Below are positions 10,374 to 21,011 of a stretch of DNA of 64,000 nt, piece by piece. This stretch comes from Sumerlaeia bacterium. GTDB lineage: Bacteria > Sumerlaeota > Sumerlaeia > SLMS01 > JAHLLQ01. A program made the translations under genes and the position numbers. The notes beneath the pieces were generated by a model that saw only the letters and a list, made by a program, of their open reading frames with translations, was not told the DNA's origin and did no database searches. How positions within the stretch are numbered: position 1 is the stretch's first letter; each line of letters opens with the position of its first letter. The stretch spans positions 1 to 64,000 of the forward strand of contig JAVJSW010000065.1 of NCBI GenBank assembly GCA_040219255.1, in the 5' to 3' direction.

Positions 10374-10841
10374 CTAGATGCCGTGGCCGTGGACGTAGGA
10401 TTCCATCTCGGGGGGTTGAGCCAGAGAGAAGCCCCGCAAGACGCTTTCCAATGTGGCGTCATCCATCATTCGGTCCACCGTTTCGCCGATTTCCCTGAGG
10501 ATGCGCTGGACGCAGGCGGGGCCTTCGGCGGCGGCGAGTTCCGGCGGCAGGGCGCTGTCTTCATCCGAGTGGTCGCCGATGTGACCGTCGAAGGCCCTCA
10601 GGATTTCCCCAATGGTGATCTCGGCGGGCGATCTTTTCAAGCAATAACCGCCGTTCTTGCCGGCGGTGCTTTCCACCAGGTCCAGTTCGCGCAGGTCCCG
10701 CATGATGGCTTCGAGGAACTTGCGGGGGATGGCGTTCTTCAGGGCCAGTTGGCGCACCGGCACGGGGCCGTCGGCGTCGCGCTCGCGAGCGAGCGTGAAC
10801 AGCACGCGCAGGGCGTAATCGGCTTTCCGGCTCAGTTTCAC
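10374..10841 (-). CDS. Rrf2 family transcriptional regulator lacking the three-Cys Fe-S motif
   Basis: KLSRKADYALR, IPRKFLE, GKNGGY, ITIGEILRAFDG. GTG start inferred. Confidence 0.88.
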   Translation of the reverse strand: MKLSRKADYALRVLFTLARERDADGPVPVRQLALKNAIPRKFLEAIMRDLRELDLVESTAGKNGGYCLKRSPAEITIGEILRAFDGHIGDHSDEDSALPPELAAAEGPACVQRILREIGETVDRMMDDATLESVLRGFSLAQPPEMESYVHGHGI

Positions 10842-10942
10842 GGCGTCGAAGAACCTTTCCTCGCGAGAGCGAAGGAAATTAGACACCGCCGCCCCCGCAT
10901 CGTCAAGGATGGTAAGCGCCCGGGTGGCGCTGGCGGAAGAAG

Positions 10943-10977
10943 AAAAAAAGCCGCCCCGGCAACGAAGCCGGAGCGGC
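10943..10977 (-). terminator. Rho-independent terminator after rpoD
   Basis: On the minus strand: GCCGCTCCGGC-ttcgtt-GCCGGGGCGGC followed by T7. Confidence 0.8.
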
Positions 10978-11013
10978 GGGTCTGATAGGCTCGGGGTTCG
11001 AACGGAGCGGAGC

Positions 11014-12855
11014 TTACTCCATAAACTCGATCAGGGCCTTGCGGCGGCTCGGGTGGCGAAGTTTGTTCAGGGCCTTCGTTTCGATCTGGCGGACGCGCTC
11101 GCGCGTGACATTGAAGATCGTGCCGACTTCTTCCAGAGTTCGGGGGAAGTCGCTGCCGCCGATGCCGAAGCGCAGGCGCAGGACCTTCTGCTCGCGCTCC
11201 GTCAGGGTTTCCAGCACTTCCTCGATCTTCTCCTGCATCAGCTTGTAGGCCGTTGCGGTGACAGGACTTTGGGCGTCCTCGTCAGGGATGAAGTCGCCAA
11301 AGTGGCTGTCGCCGTCTTCGCCGATGGGCGTTTCCAGGCTGATGGGCTGCATCGCGATTTTGAACACGCGGCGGATTTTCTCCACCGGCATGCTCATCTT
11401 CTCGGCGATTTCATCCGGTGTGGGTTCACGGCCGAATTCCTGCACCAGATAGCGCTGCACGCGGCTCAGCTTGTTGATCGTCTCGATCATGTGGACCGGA
11501 ATACGGATCGTGCGGGCTTGATCGGCGATGGCGCGGGTCACCGCCTGGCGGATCCACCAGGTGGCGTAGGTCGAGAATTTGTAACCGCGCTGGTACTCGA
11601 ATTTGTCCACGGCGCGCATCAGACCGATGTTGCCTTCCTGAATCAGGTCCAGGAACTGAAGGCCGCGGTTCGTGTACTTCTTGGCGATCGAAACGACAAG
11701 GCGCAGGTTGGCTTCCACGACCTTCATCTTGGCCTCGTGGGCCTGCTTCTCGCCCTTGCGGATGCGGCCGACGATGTTTTTCAGCTCGTCGTACTTATTG
11801 CCGCTTTCCTTCTCCAGGCGCTTAATATTGCGCTGGGCCATGCGCAGGCTCTTGTCCAGGCGGATGAACTCGTCGAGCGTCTTGCCATACTTCTGGAAGA
11901 GCGCCTTGGCTTCCGGGCTGTTCTTCTTGGTCTTGCGGACCACCCGGCGCAGCTCGTCCTCGCTCATCATGGCTTCCAGGATCGTCTTGCGGATCTGCTG
12001 GTAGGCCTGATCGATCTGCTTGTAGATGTCCTTCACCTGATCGGCGACCATTTCGACGATGGAGAAGTTGAGGTCGATCTTGAGCAGGAGCTGGTAGATT
12101 TCCTCGCGCCGGCGCTCCGTGTCCTTCTCGGCCGCGTCCCGCTCCTCCGCCTCGAGGGTCGGGTCCTCGAGGAGGTCCAGATGATCCGCCACCGCTTCGA
12201 AGTTTTCGAGCACCTTGCGCAGCCGGTCGAGAATGACCTTGATGGCCAGGGCGCGCTGCTCCGGGTCGCTTTCGTCCACGTTGGTGCGCAGAATGTCGTT
12301 CAGGTTCACCTGGCCGACTTCGATGCGGCTGTAGATTTTGCCCAGTTCCTGGGCCGCGATGGAGGCGCGCGAGATGGCGGCGGTGATTTCGTGGCGGCCT
12401 TTTTCGATTTCCTTGGCGAGGAAGACTTCTTCCTCGCGGGTGAGCAGGGGCACCTTGCCCATTTCCATCAGATAGAGACGGACCGGATCGTCGATGCGGG
12501 TGTTTTCCGCGGCGGAGTCGCGGCCCGAGGCGGCCTTCGTTTCGCCCTTGGCGGACTTCTTGGCGGCGCTCTTGGGGGCGGGGGCGGCTTTGGCGGGAGC
12601 CGGCGCCTTGACCACCGGCTTGACTTCGGCCTTCTTCTTTGCGGGCCGCTCGGCGTCATCCTCGTCCACCACGATGTCGATGTCGTGGTTTTCGAGTTGC
12701 TCGATCAGTAGTTCCATCGCACTCGTGTCCGAGCCAAAATCCTCCGGCATGGCGTCGTTGATATCCTGCCAGGTGACTTGGCCTTGGCGCTGGCCGACCT
12801 CGATGAGGGAGTCGAGGGCGGACTCAGACACAGTTGAGGCTTTTTTCTTGGACAT
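11014..12855 (-). CDS. rpoD: RNA polymerase primary sigma factor
   Basis: [51 protein letters not shown]...TRERVRQIE. Start MSKKK chosen. Confidence 0.97.
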   Translation of the reverse strand: MSKKKASTVSESALDSLIEVGQRQGQVTWQDINDAMPEDFGSDTSAMELLIEQLENHDIDIVVDEDDAERPAKKKAEVKPVVKAPAPAKAAPAPKSAAKKSAKGETKAASGRDSAAENTRIDDPVRLYLMEMGKVPLLTREEEVFLAKEIEKGRHEITAAISRASIAAQELGKIYSRIEVGQVNLNDILRTNVDESDPEQRALAIKVILDRLRKVLENFEAVADHLDLLEDPTLEAEERDAAEKDTERRREEIYQLLLKIDLNFSIVEMVADQVKDIYKQIDQAYQQIRKTILEAMMSEDELRRVVRKTKKNSPEAKALFQKYGKTLDEFIRLDKSLRMAQRNIKRLEKESGNKYDELKNIVGRIRKGEKQAHEAKMKVVEANLRLVVSIAKKYTNRGLQFLDLIQEGNIGLMRAVDKFEYQRGYKFSTYATWWIRQAVTRAIADQARTIRIPVHMIETINKLSRVQRYLVQEFGREPTPDEIAEKMSMPVEKIRRVFKIAMQPISLETPIGEDGDSHFGDFIPDEDAQSPVTATAYKLMQEKIEEVLETLTEREQKVLRLRFGIGGSDFPRTLEEVGTIFNVTRERVRQIETKALNKLRHPSRRKALIEFME

Positions 12856-13185
12856 ATTCGGGGCGAATGCTCCTTGGGCTGTCTGGGGCGCGAACTTCCC
12901 CGCCACCAACACCCGATTTCCGTCGGAGAAAAAGGTTTGGCGACAGGGCATACTTCCCCTTATACAGACTCGTAAGCAAATAAGATACCGCAAACCGGCG
13001 TCAAGCTGAATCGAACCCCGCCCTTGTTGGAAAATCGTGGGCCCAAAATGAGGTCCCGGTCTCTGCCCACGCGGCTTTCGCCGGGGCCGGGACCCTGGCG
13101 AGACGCACACGGGCGAGGCACCCGGCGCTCTCTGACACGGGCGCCGGTCCCGTTCCCCCAAGAAAGCTGGTGGGTAAAAAACGCC

Positions 13186-15858
13186 CTAGAACGGTACGTC
13201 GCCTTCCGTGACGTTGCACTGGCGCAACGCGGCGCGATCTTGCAGAAACTGGCGCAATTCATCCACCAGCTCCTCCCCCCGGCCGACTTGCACCGGAATC
13301 TTCGGCAGCGACCGCAGGAAGCGCTGGCCGTAGTTCATCTTCACCAGCCGCTCGTCGCAGACCAACACGCCGCCTCGGTCCGTGCGCGACCGGATCAGGC
13401 GTCCGAATCCTTGCTTGAATCGGATGATGGCGCGGGGCACGGCGAGATGGACAAAGGGATCGAGACCCAGCTTTTCCAGATACTCCCACTGCGCCTGCTG
13501 CACCGGATCGTCGGGAACGGCGAAGGGCAACTTGACCAGAATCAGCAGTTCCAGACTGCGGCCCTTCACGTCCACGCCTTCCCAGAAAGACGACGTGGCG
13601 AAGAGGACGCTCGTTTCGTCATCGCGGAACCGGCGGAGCAGCAAGTCGCGGTTCTCTGTGCCCTGCTTCAGGACGCGATAGCCCATGCGGTGGATTTCGC
13701 CGCTGCACGCCCGGAAAACGCGGTCCATCTGGGCGTAGCTGGTAAAGAGCACAAAGGCGCGGCCGTCGCTGGCCTCCACGGCGCGGGGGATGAGGGCGGC
13801 GAGGCGGCGTTCGAAGTCGATGTTCTTGGGCACGCCGAGATCGTTCGGCACGCCGAGGAAGACCTGCTGGCTGTAATCGAAGGGGGTGGAAAGCTTGAGG
13901 GTTCTCACCGGACGGGCGAAGGGCAGCCCCGCCCCCGCGTCGTCATCGTCCTCCCCCGGTTCGCGCACGCCGGCCGGCTGCACCGAGGGAGCCCCGACGC
14001 CGGTGCGGCCGGTGAAAAAGCGGAAATCCTCATCGACGGTCAATGTGGCGCTGGTCAGGACCTCGGATTTCATCCGCTGATGCAGCGACTCGCCGAGCAC
14101 TTGGGCAACGCTGACGGGGGCGAGACACAGCCTGACCGACAGGTTGCGGCGCCGGTCCTCGGCCATTTCGACCCAGCGGCACTGGCGCTCGTCGTCCTGC
14201 AGGAAATCCAGAATCAGGCGGCGCTGCGCTTCGAGGCGCTCGACGATCGCGCGCCATTCCAGGATCAGGTTCGTCAATTCGTTGAGCAGTTCCTCCTCCA
14301 GGTCTTCCAGACAGGCCATGGCCTCGCGGTTGATTTCGGTGAATTCGGAGATTTCTTTGCCGATGGCGTGGAGCGCCGGGCGGCAGTTGTTTTGCCACAC
14401 ATCGAGCTTCGTCAGGTCCGGGGTGAGACGGGCTTTGACCTCCCCCTTGCCGTGGGGCGGCTTGAGGCGGGCAGCCTCCAGGAAGTAATAGCCGAAGTCC
14501 TCCATCAGGTGATCGATCTGACCGCGGACGTCGGCGACGCTGGGCAGGATCCGCACCGCCAGGACATTGAGCAGACGTGAATCGGGCGGCAGTTGGGAGC
14601 GCTGGCGCAGGTCCTCGAGTTTGTCCGCCAGCCCCGCATACACGCCCTTGCGCGATCGGCTGTCGCGCCGGTAGAGGCGGTGGAAGAGCCGCGCCAGGTT
14701 CGGCCGCGTGACCCGGAAACCCAGGTGCGACGTGGCGACGTCTTCCAGATGATGCGCTTCGTCCAGCACGACGCGCTGATAGGGCGGAAGGACGGCGGCG
14801 GCGGACCAGTTGTTGGACTCGCGGCGCACGGCGAGATCGCTCATCAGCAGCGAATGGTTCACCACCAGAACATCGGCCCGCGCGGCGCGCCGGCGCGAGT
14901 TGTAGAAAAAGCACTCGTTATAGAACGGGCAGCGCACCCGCAGGCAATTGTCCGCCTCGCTGACGACCCGCTCCCAGACGTCGTGCTGGGGCGGGATGGA
15001 CAACTCGCTCACGTCGCCGGTCGGGCTGGCCGCCGCCCAATCCAGCGTATCGCGCAGCTCGCTGACCTGCTGGTCCTCGATCAAGGTCATCTGGCCACTT
15101 CCCAGCTCATCCCGCGCCATCTGCGCCTTGCGCTTGCACACATAGTTCCCCCGGCCCTTGACCAGTTCCGCCTTGATTTCACGTTCCAAGGCCTGCGCCA
15201 CTAGCGGCAAGTCCTTATGGAGGATCTGCTCCTGGAGGTTGATGGTGCGGGTGCTGACGACGACGCGCTCTTTGTTTTGCAGGGCGTAGAAGACCGCCGG
15301 GATCAAGTACGCGAGGGACTTGCCCGTGCCCGTGCCCGCCTCCACCACCGCGATCCCGTCGGTGTTGAGGGCGTCCACGACCGCGGTGGCCATTTCGCGC
15401 TGCTGGGGGCGGTCTTCGTAATCGCCGAGCATGGTGGCGAGGGCGGATTCGGGGCCCAGCATCTTGCGGATCCTCGCCGGATCGACGGGCGTTTTCTTCT
15501 GCGCGTCGTGCGGTTTGACGACGATTCGGATGCGTTCGCAGCCGTTGTCGCAGATGTAGCTTCCGGCGCCGATTTGCCCGATGCGCGAGGAGACGTCGAG
15601 ATCCGCCTCGCTCGGCGCCAGGTGGCCGCTCGGGTGGTTGTGGATCAAGACCTCGCCCGGCTTGACACGGTCGAGAATGACCGGCACCGCCGACTTCGTC
15701 CCGTAGGCGTAGGACTCGACTTCGTGGACAAGGCCGTCTTCGCCGCGCCGGCCGACAAAGAAGACTTCGGCGCCGTCCGCCTCGGCGATGGTCTCGCGGA
15801 TAGCGGCAGCGGCGTTGGGGGCGATGGTATGTGAGGAGGGGCCTTCGATTGGCGGCAT
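13186..15858 (-). CDS. DinG/YoaA-family Fe-S helicase with an N-terminal RadC-like JAB domain
   Basis: HNHPSG...PSEAD; AGTGTGKS; KGRGNYVC...CxxxxCxxxxxC; DEAH; FTSY; SFWEGVD; QGFGRLIR. Confidence 0.92.
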   Translation of the reverse strand: MPPIEGPSSHTIAPNAAAAIRETIAEADGAEVFFVGRRGEDGLVHEVESYAYGTKSAVPVILDRVKPGEVLIHNHPSGHLAPSEADLDVSSRIGQIGAGSYICDNGCERIRIVVKPHDAQKKTPVDPARIRKMLGPESALATMLGDYEDRPQQREMATAVVDALNTDGIAVVEAGTGTGKSLAYLIPAVFYALQNKERVVVSTRTINLQEQILHKDLPLVAQALEREIKAELVKGRGNYVCKRKAQMARDELGSGQMTLIEDQQVSELRDTLDWAAASPTGDVSELSIPPQHDVWERVVSEADNCLRVRCPFYNECFFYNSRRRAARADVLVVNHSLLMSDLAVRRESNNWSAAAVLPPYQRVVLDEAHHLEDVATSHLGFRVTRPNLARLFHRLYRRDSRSRKGVYAGLADKLEDLRQRSQLPPDSRLLNVLAVRILPSVADVRGQIDHLMEDFGYYFLEAARLKPPHGKGEVKARLTPDLTKLDVWQNNCRPALHAIGKEISEFTEINREAMACLEDLEEELLNELTNLILEWRAIVERLEAQRRLILDFLQDDERQCRWVEMAEDRRRNLSVRLCLAPVSVAQVLGESLHQRMKSEVLTSATLTVDEDFRFFTGRTGVGAPSVQPAGVREPGEDDDDAGAGLPFARPVRTLKLSTPFDYSQQVFLGVPNDLGVPKNIDFERRLAALIPRAVEASDGRAFVLFTSYAQMDRVFRACSGEIHRMGYRVLKQGTENRDLLLRRFRDDETSVLFATSSFWEGVDVKGRSLELLILVKLPFAVPDDPVQQAQWEYLEKLGLDPFVHLAVPRAIIRFKQGFGRLIRSRTDRGGVLVCDERLVKMNYGQRFLRSLPKIPVQVGRGEELVDELRQFLQDRAALRQCNVTEGDVPF

Positions 15859-15898
15859 GGTGGCGCGGGCCTCTTTCCCGGCAAGGCAAAAAGAAAGC

Positions 15899-15930
15899 AA
15901 ATCCCCCGCCGCACGCGCAACGGGGGATTT
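15899..15930 (-). terminator. Hairpin terminator downstream of the carboxyltransferase gene
   Basis: AAATCCCCCG...CGGGGGATTT 10-bp stem with a T-rich tail on the minus strand. Confidence 0.65.
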
Positions 15931-15967
15931 CAGCCTTCCTTGGGTTTTTCGACCGCCGATCGGAGAA

Positions 15968-17524
15968 CTACGTCTGAATGACTTCCACTTCGGCGTCGAA
16001 GGGCTGTCCGTTGATCCGCATGCCGAGTTTCATCCGCGAACCAGCGGCCAGCGGAGCCCCCCCACGAGCCGGTGCCGCGGCGGGCGCCGCTGCCGGCGCG
16101 GCCTGGGGAGCGGCGGCGGGGGCCGGAGCGGGCGCTGGCTTCGACTCCTCCGGCGGCGCGTGGCGTTTGTTCCACCAATCCTCCCAGACCTTCGGGAAGA
16201 GCGCGTAGGACAGCACCTGATCCTCGTCGTCGGTCTTGTCGGCGACCTGCTTCTTCAGATCCTCGAATTCGTTCGGGATGTGATTGGCGGGGCGATCGGT
16301 GATGGGTTGGATATCGCCGAGGACTTTCTTCTGAATCTCGGCGTTCATCGGGGCGGGGGTGGCGCCATACCGCCCGGAGAACACGTCCCGGGTGTTCTGC
16401 GGAACGGTCTTGTAGCGCTCGCTCTGGATCACGTTGAAGACGGCCTGCGTGCCGACGATCTGGCTGGTGGGCGTCACCAGCGGAATGTAACCCATGTCGG
16501 CGCGGACCTTGGGCACTTCCTCCAGCACCTCGTCCATCCGGTCCAAGTGGCCCATCTGCTTGAGCTGCGACTCCATGTTCGACAGCATCCCGCCGGGCAC
16601 CTGGGCCAGGAAAATGCGCGTGTCGGCGCCGGTGAAGGAGGACTCGAACTCCTTGTACTTGGGCCGGATCTGGCGCACGTATTCGGCGATGGGAGCGAGC
16701 TTGTTCTGGTCCAGGCCGGTGTCGCGGAAGGTGCCCTTGAGGGACTCCACCAAGGCCTCCGTCGGCACGTGACCGGCGCCCGTGGACAGCGAACTGATCG
16801 CCGTGTCCAGACCATCGGCCCCGGCGTCCGCCGAACGGATCAGAACCATGTGCGCCACGCCGGTGGTGGCGTGGGTGTGCACGTGGATCGGCACAGTCAG
16901 ATTTTCTTTCAGCGCCTTGACCATCTGGTAGGCCGGAGTCGGGCAAAGCAGCGCGGCCATATCCTTGATGACGACCGACTGGCAGCCCATGTCCTGGAGT
17001 TGCCTGCCGAGTTCGACGAACTTGTCGAGCGTATGCACTGGGGACTGGGTATAGCAGATGGTGCCCTGGGCATGGGCGCCCGAGTCGAGGACGGCCTTGA
17101 CCGCCGTTTCCATGTTCCGGGGGTCGTTCAGGGCATCGAAAACGCGGTAGATGTCCATGCCGTACTCGGTCGATTTATCCACGAAGCGCCGCACCACATC
17201 GTCGGCATAGTGACGGTATCCGAGGATGTTCTGGCCGCGCAGAAGCATTTGCAGAGGCGTCTTGGGGAGCGCCTTCTTTAGCGTGCGCAGCCGCTCCCAG
17301 GGATCCTCGTCGAGATAACGGAGGCAGACGTCGAACGTGGCGCCGCCCCAGACCTCGAGAGAATAATAACCGATGTTGTCGAGCTGCTCGCAGATGGGCA
17401 GCATGTCGTCGATGCGCATGCGCGTGGCGAGAAGCGACTGGTGGGCATCCCGCAGGAGCAGCTCGGTGACCTTGACGGGGTTGGCTGGGGCATCGCTGTC
17501 GGGAAGTGCCGGAATGGGGGCCAT
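15968..17524 (-). CDS. Pyruvate/oxaloacetate carboxyltransferase, transcarboxylase 5S / OadA-like, without a biotinyl domain
   Basis: RDAHQSLLATRM, WGGATFD, EDPWERLR, KDMAALL, HTH, QVPGGMLSN, PLVTPTSQIVGTQA. No AMKM. Confidence 0.92.
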   Translation of the reverse strand: MAPIPALPDSDAPANPVKVTELLLRDAHQSLLATRMRIDDMLPICEQLDNIGYYSLEVWGGATFDVCLRYLDEDPWERLRTLKKALPKTPLQMLLRGQNILGYRHYADDVVRRFVDKSTEYGMDIYRVFDALNDPRNMETAVKAVLDSGAHAQGTICYTQSPVHTLDKFVELGRQLQDMGCQSVVIKDMAALLCPTPAYQMVKALKENLTVPIHVHTHATTGVAHMVLIRSADAGADGLDTAISSLSTGAGHVPTEALVESLKGTFRDTGLDQNKLAPIAEYVRQIRPKYKEFESSFTGADTRIFLAQVPGGMLSNMESQLKQMGHLDRMDEVLEEVPKVRADMGYIPLVTPTSQIVGTQAVFNVIQSERYKTVPQNTRDVFSGRYGATPAPMNAEIQKKVLGDIQPITDRPANHIPNEFEDLKKQVADKTDDEDQVLSYALFPKVWEDWWNKRHAPPEESKPAPAPAPAAAPQAAPAAAPAAAPARGGAPLAAGSRMKLGMRINGQPFDAEVEVIQT

Positions 17525-17643
17525 GGGGGTTCTCCTTAGAGGCTACAAGACAAAAGGCGGGGGCGCCTTTCGGGGGCAAAAGAAACATGGGCCGGTTTGG
17601 GAGAGCAATGCAAACTAAGATGAATGCACCTGGATTTGTCGCA

Positions 17644-17649
17644 TATAAT
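17644..17649 (+). promoter_or_regulatory. Possible sigma70 -10 box upstream of fumC
   Basis: Perfect TATAAT in the divergent intergenic region. No convincing -35 box. Confidence 0.3.
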
Positions 17650-17748
17650 CCGGTTGCCCCCCATCGCGCTCCTGCGATTGCTTCTCCCCGTGCCGCCCGA
17701 TGGACCGCCGCGGCCCTGTATCTTTCACTCTACGCGGGAATGACAACC

Positions 17749-19131
17749 ATGACCGAATTCCGGATCGAAAAAGACTCTATGGGGGAAATCAAAGTCCCCG
17801 CCGACGCCCTCTACAAAGCGCAAACCCAGCGCGCCGTCGATAACTTCCCGGTGTCCGACCTGCGGATGCCCCGTCTGATGATTCGGGCCCTCGGCTTGGT
17901 GAAGCGCTCCGCCGCCGTCGTGAACAAGGACCTGGGGCTGCTCGACGCCGCCCTCGCCGATGCCATCGTGGCCGCCGCCGACGAAGTCATCGCCGGTCAG
18001 TGGGACGCCCAGTTCGTCGTCGATATTTTCCAGACCGGTTCGGGCACCTCGACCAACATGAACACCAACGAGGTCCTCGCCACCCGCGCCTCGAAGATCG
18101 GCGGAATCGCCGTCCACCCCAACGATCACGTGAACATGGGCCAATCCTCGAACGACGTCTTCCCGACGGCGATCCATGTGGCGGCGTACCTGGCGGCGGC
18201 GGAGACGCTGATTCCGGGGCTCAAGCACCTGAAGGGTGCCCTGGAGAAAAAAGCCGGCGAAGTCGCCCACATCACCAAGACCGGCCGCACGCACCTGATG
18301 GACGCGATGCCGCTGACGCTTGGCCAGGAACTCGGCGGCTGGGCGTTTCAGGTCGGCCAGGGCATCGAGCGCGTGGAAGCGACCCTGCCCCGCGTGGCGC
18401 TTCTGCCCCAAGGCGGCACCGCGGTCGGCAGCGGCATCAACGCCCACCCGGAATTCGGCGCCCGCGTCGCCAAAGAGCTGAGCAAGCAGACCGGCCTGCC
18501 CTTCGCCGAGTCACCCAATCACTTCGCGGCCCAGGCCGCCCTCGATGGCCCGACGGAACTGAGCGGCCAACTCAAGGTCACCGCCACGGCGCTGATGAAG
18601 ATCTCCAACGACATGCGGTGGATGAACAGCGGCCCCATCGCCGGCCTTGGCGAAATCGCCCTGCCGAGCCTCCAGCCCGGTTCCTCCATCATGCCGGGCA
18701 AGGTCAACCCGGTCATCTGCGAGTCCATGATGATGGTCGCCGCCCAGGTCATCGGCAACGACCTCTCCGTCGCCATCGGCAACGAACGCGGCAATTTCCA
18801 GCTCAACGTGATGATGCCCATGATGGCCTACAACCTGGTGCAATCGCTGACGATCATGGGCAACGCCTGCGTCATGCTGGCGGACAAGGCGGTGGCGGGC
18901 TTCACGGTGAACGAAGACCGCATCGCCAGCCTGATCGGCAAGAATCCGATCCTGGTGACGACGCTCAATCCGGTCATCGGTTACGAGAAGGCCGCCAAGA
19001 TCGCCAAGACCGCCTACGCCGAAGGCCGCGCCCTGATCGACGTGGCGCTCGAGCTGACGGACCTGAGCCGCGAGGAGCTGGAGAAGCTGCTCGATCCCAA
19101 GCAAATGACCGAAGGCGGCATCATGAGCTGA
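17749..19131 (+). CDS. fumC: Class II fumarate hydratase
   Basis: RIEKDSMG, QTGSGTSTNMN, GQSSND, KTGRTHLMDA, GSSIMPGKVNP. Confidence 0.96.
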   Translation: MTEFRIEKDSMGEIKVPADALYKAQTQRAVDNFPVSDLRMPRLMIRALGLVKRSAAVVNKDLGLLDAALADAIVAAADEVIAGQWDAQFVVDIFQTGSGTSTNMNTNEVLATRASKIGGIAVHPNDHVNMGQSSNDVFPTAIHVAAYLAAAETLIPGLKHLKGALEKKAGEVAHITKTGRTHLMDAMPLTLGQELGGWAFQVGQGIERVEATLPRVALLPQGGTAVGSGINAHPEFGARVAKELSKQTGLPFAESPNHFAAQAALDGPTELSGQLKVTATALMKISNDMRWMNSGPIAGLGEIALPSLQPGSSIMPGKVNPVICESMMMVAAQVIGNDLSVAIGNERGNFQLNVMMPMMAYNLVQSLTIMGNACVMLADKAVAGFTVNEDRIASLIGKNPILVTTLNPVIGYEKAAKIAKTAYAEGRALIDVALELTDLSREELEKLLDPKQMTEGGIMS

Positions 19132-19532
19132 GGAAGACACCGCGGGGGCCCGAAAGGCCTTGAGGCGGGCCGGGATAGGAATTCTTCAGGGATAACTTCA
19201 ATTCCTCGCCCGATGTCTTTTTTGTCTTTCTTGCTCCTTTAGTGTGACATGAGGGGACAAACGACACGCCCTGTGAGAGGGTTCTGACACTTCGCCACGA
19301 AGAGTGGCCCGCAGGACCCTCGATCATGAAAAGCCAAGCCCCCCGCCAAAGCGCGAACCGCCGCCCAGACTCGAACGTTCCTCCGCGTTCCCCGCGGCTC
19401 CGCGGCGATTTTTCCCCAATCCCTCCACCCCCACAACTTCGTCCTGGACAGCCCCGCCGCCCCGCGTGTTGGATGCCCCGTGCGGCGGGACCCTCTCCCA
19501 CGCCCCCCATTTTTCTCCTCCCCATGGGGCTC

Positions 19533-21011
19533 ATGACTCAGCTTTCTTTTCCCTACCCATCCGGCCGTCGTTTTTCGGCGGCGGACTTTGAAAATCGGCC
19601 TCCCGAGGGCTGTGGCGTCGTCGGCGTTTACGGTCATCCGCAGGCGGCGCACCTGGTGCGCATGGGGCTTTACGCGCTCCAGCATCGTGGCCAGGAAAGC
19701 GCCGGCATCGCGGCCTTCAGCGGCGAGCACCTCACCGTCGTCAAGAACCAGGGCCTCGTCAGCGAAGCCCTCCCTCCGGAGGTTCTCGACGAACTGCCCG
19801 GCACCAGCGCTATCGGCCACGTCCGCTACAGCACCACGGGCGCCAGCCGCGCCTGTAACGCGCAACCTCTGCGGGCCAATTACCAGGGCGGAAAGCTGGC
19901 CGTCGCGCACAACGGCAACCTGACGAACTCCGATGAAGTCGCCCGCGCGGTGGAAGCCAACGGCGCCATTTTCCAGTCCACCACCGACAGCGAACTCCTC
20001 CTGCACCTGATCGCGCAGAATCGCTCGACCGATTTCCGCGAAGCGCTCCTCACCAGCCTGCGGCGCCTGCGTGGCGCCTTCAGCATGGTCGTGCTGCGCG
20101 ATGGCGACTTGTACGCCTGCAAGGACCCGAACGGCTTTCGACCACTGTGCGTTGGAAAACTGGAGGGCGGGGGCTGGATCGTGGCGAGCGAGTCCTGCGC
20201 CCTGGACATCGTCGGCGCGCAGTACCTGCGCGAGTTGGACGCGGGCGAAGTGATGTGCTTCAAAGACGGCCTGCCCGACCGGGAAGTGGTCCTGGACGAT
20301 CCGACCGTCGGCGCGCCAAAGCAGACGTTCTGCGTCTTCGAGCTGATCTACTATTCGCGGCCCGACTCCCTGACGGAAGGCAAATCCATTTACCACAACC
20401 GTCAGAAGCTTGGCGACCAATTGGCCCGGGAGGCCCCCACAAATGCCGACGTGGTCGTTCCCATTCCCGACAGCAGCAACCCGGCGGCCATGGGCTACGC
20501 CCGGGCGGCGGGGCTGCCGATGGAGCTGGGCCTGATCCGCAGCCACTACGTGGGCCGGACCTTTATCCAGCCCACCCAGGGCATGCGCGATTTCGGCGCC
20601 AAGGTGAAGTACAACCCGGTGACCGACATCCTCGCCGGGCGCCGCGTCGTCCTAGTGGACGACAGCATCGTGCGCGGCACCACAGCCCGCAAGATCGTCC
20701 GCATGGTCCGCGACGCCGGAGCCACCGAAGTCCACCTGCGCATCACCGCGCCGCCGTGGCGACACCCCTGCTTCTACGGCATCGACACGCCGGACGAAGC
20801 GGGCCTGATCGCGAACCAGTTGTCGGTGGACGAAATGCGCGGACACTTCGGCGTGGATTCGATCGGGTTCCTTTCTCTCGACGGCCTGATGAAGACAGTT
20901 CCCAAAACGCAGTCCTACTGCACGACGTGCTTCACCGGAAAATACCCGTCGGGCCGCCCGAGCGGCGCGGCGGCGAGCAAGCTGAAACTGGAAGGGGCGG
21001 GCGTATCGTGA
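19533..21011 (+). CDS. purF: Amidophosphoribosyltransferase
   Basis: Propeptide followed by CGVVG, QHRGQESAG, HVRYST, HNGNL, VDDSIVRGTT, CFYGID. Confidence 0.96.
   Translation: MTQLSFPYPSGRRFSAADFENRPPEGCGVVGVYGHPQAAHLVRMGLYALQHRGQESAGIAAFSGEHLTVVKNQGLVSEALPPEVLDELPGTSAIGHVRYSTTGASRACNAQPLRANYQGGKLAVAHNGNLTNSDEVARAVEANGAIFQSTTDSELLLHLIAQNRSTDFREALLTSLRRLRGAFSMVVLRDGDLYACKDPNGFRPLCVGKLEGGGWIVASESCALDIVGAQYLRELDAGEVMCFKDGLPDREVVLDDPTVGAPKQTFCVFELIYYSRPDSLTEGKSIYHNRQKLGDQLAREAPTNADVVVPIPDSSNPAAMGYARAAGLPMELGLIRSHYVGRTFIQPTQGMRDFGAKVKYNPVTDILAGRRVVLVDDSIVRGTTARKIVRMVRDAGATEVHLRITAPPWRHPCFYGIDTPDEAGLIANQLSVDEMRGHFGVDSIGFLSLDGLMKTVPKTQSYCTTCFTGKYPSGRPSGAAASKLKLEGAGVS

Noticed and set aside
10909-12711. 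600-aa plus-strand ORF
   Set aside because: Antisense shadow of rpoD.
12856-13161. N-terminal extension of RpoD in the ORF track; TTGACG promoter candidate
   Set aside because: The extension has no sigma-like features, and the -35/-10 spacing is not convincing.
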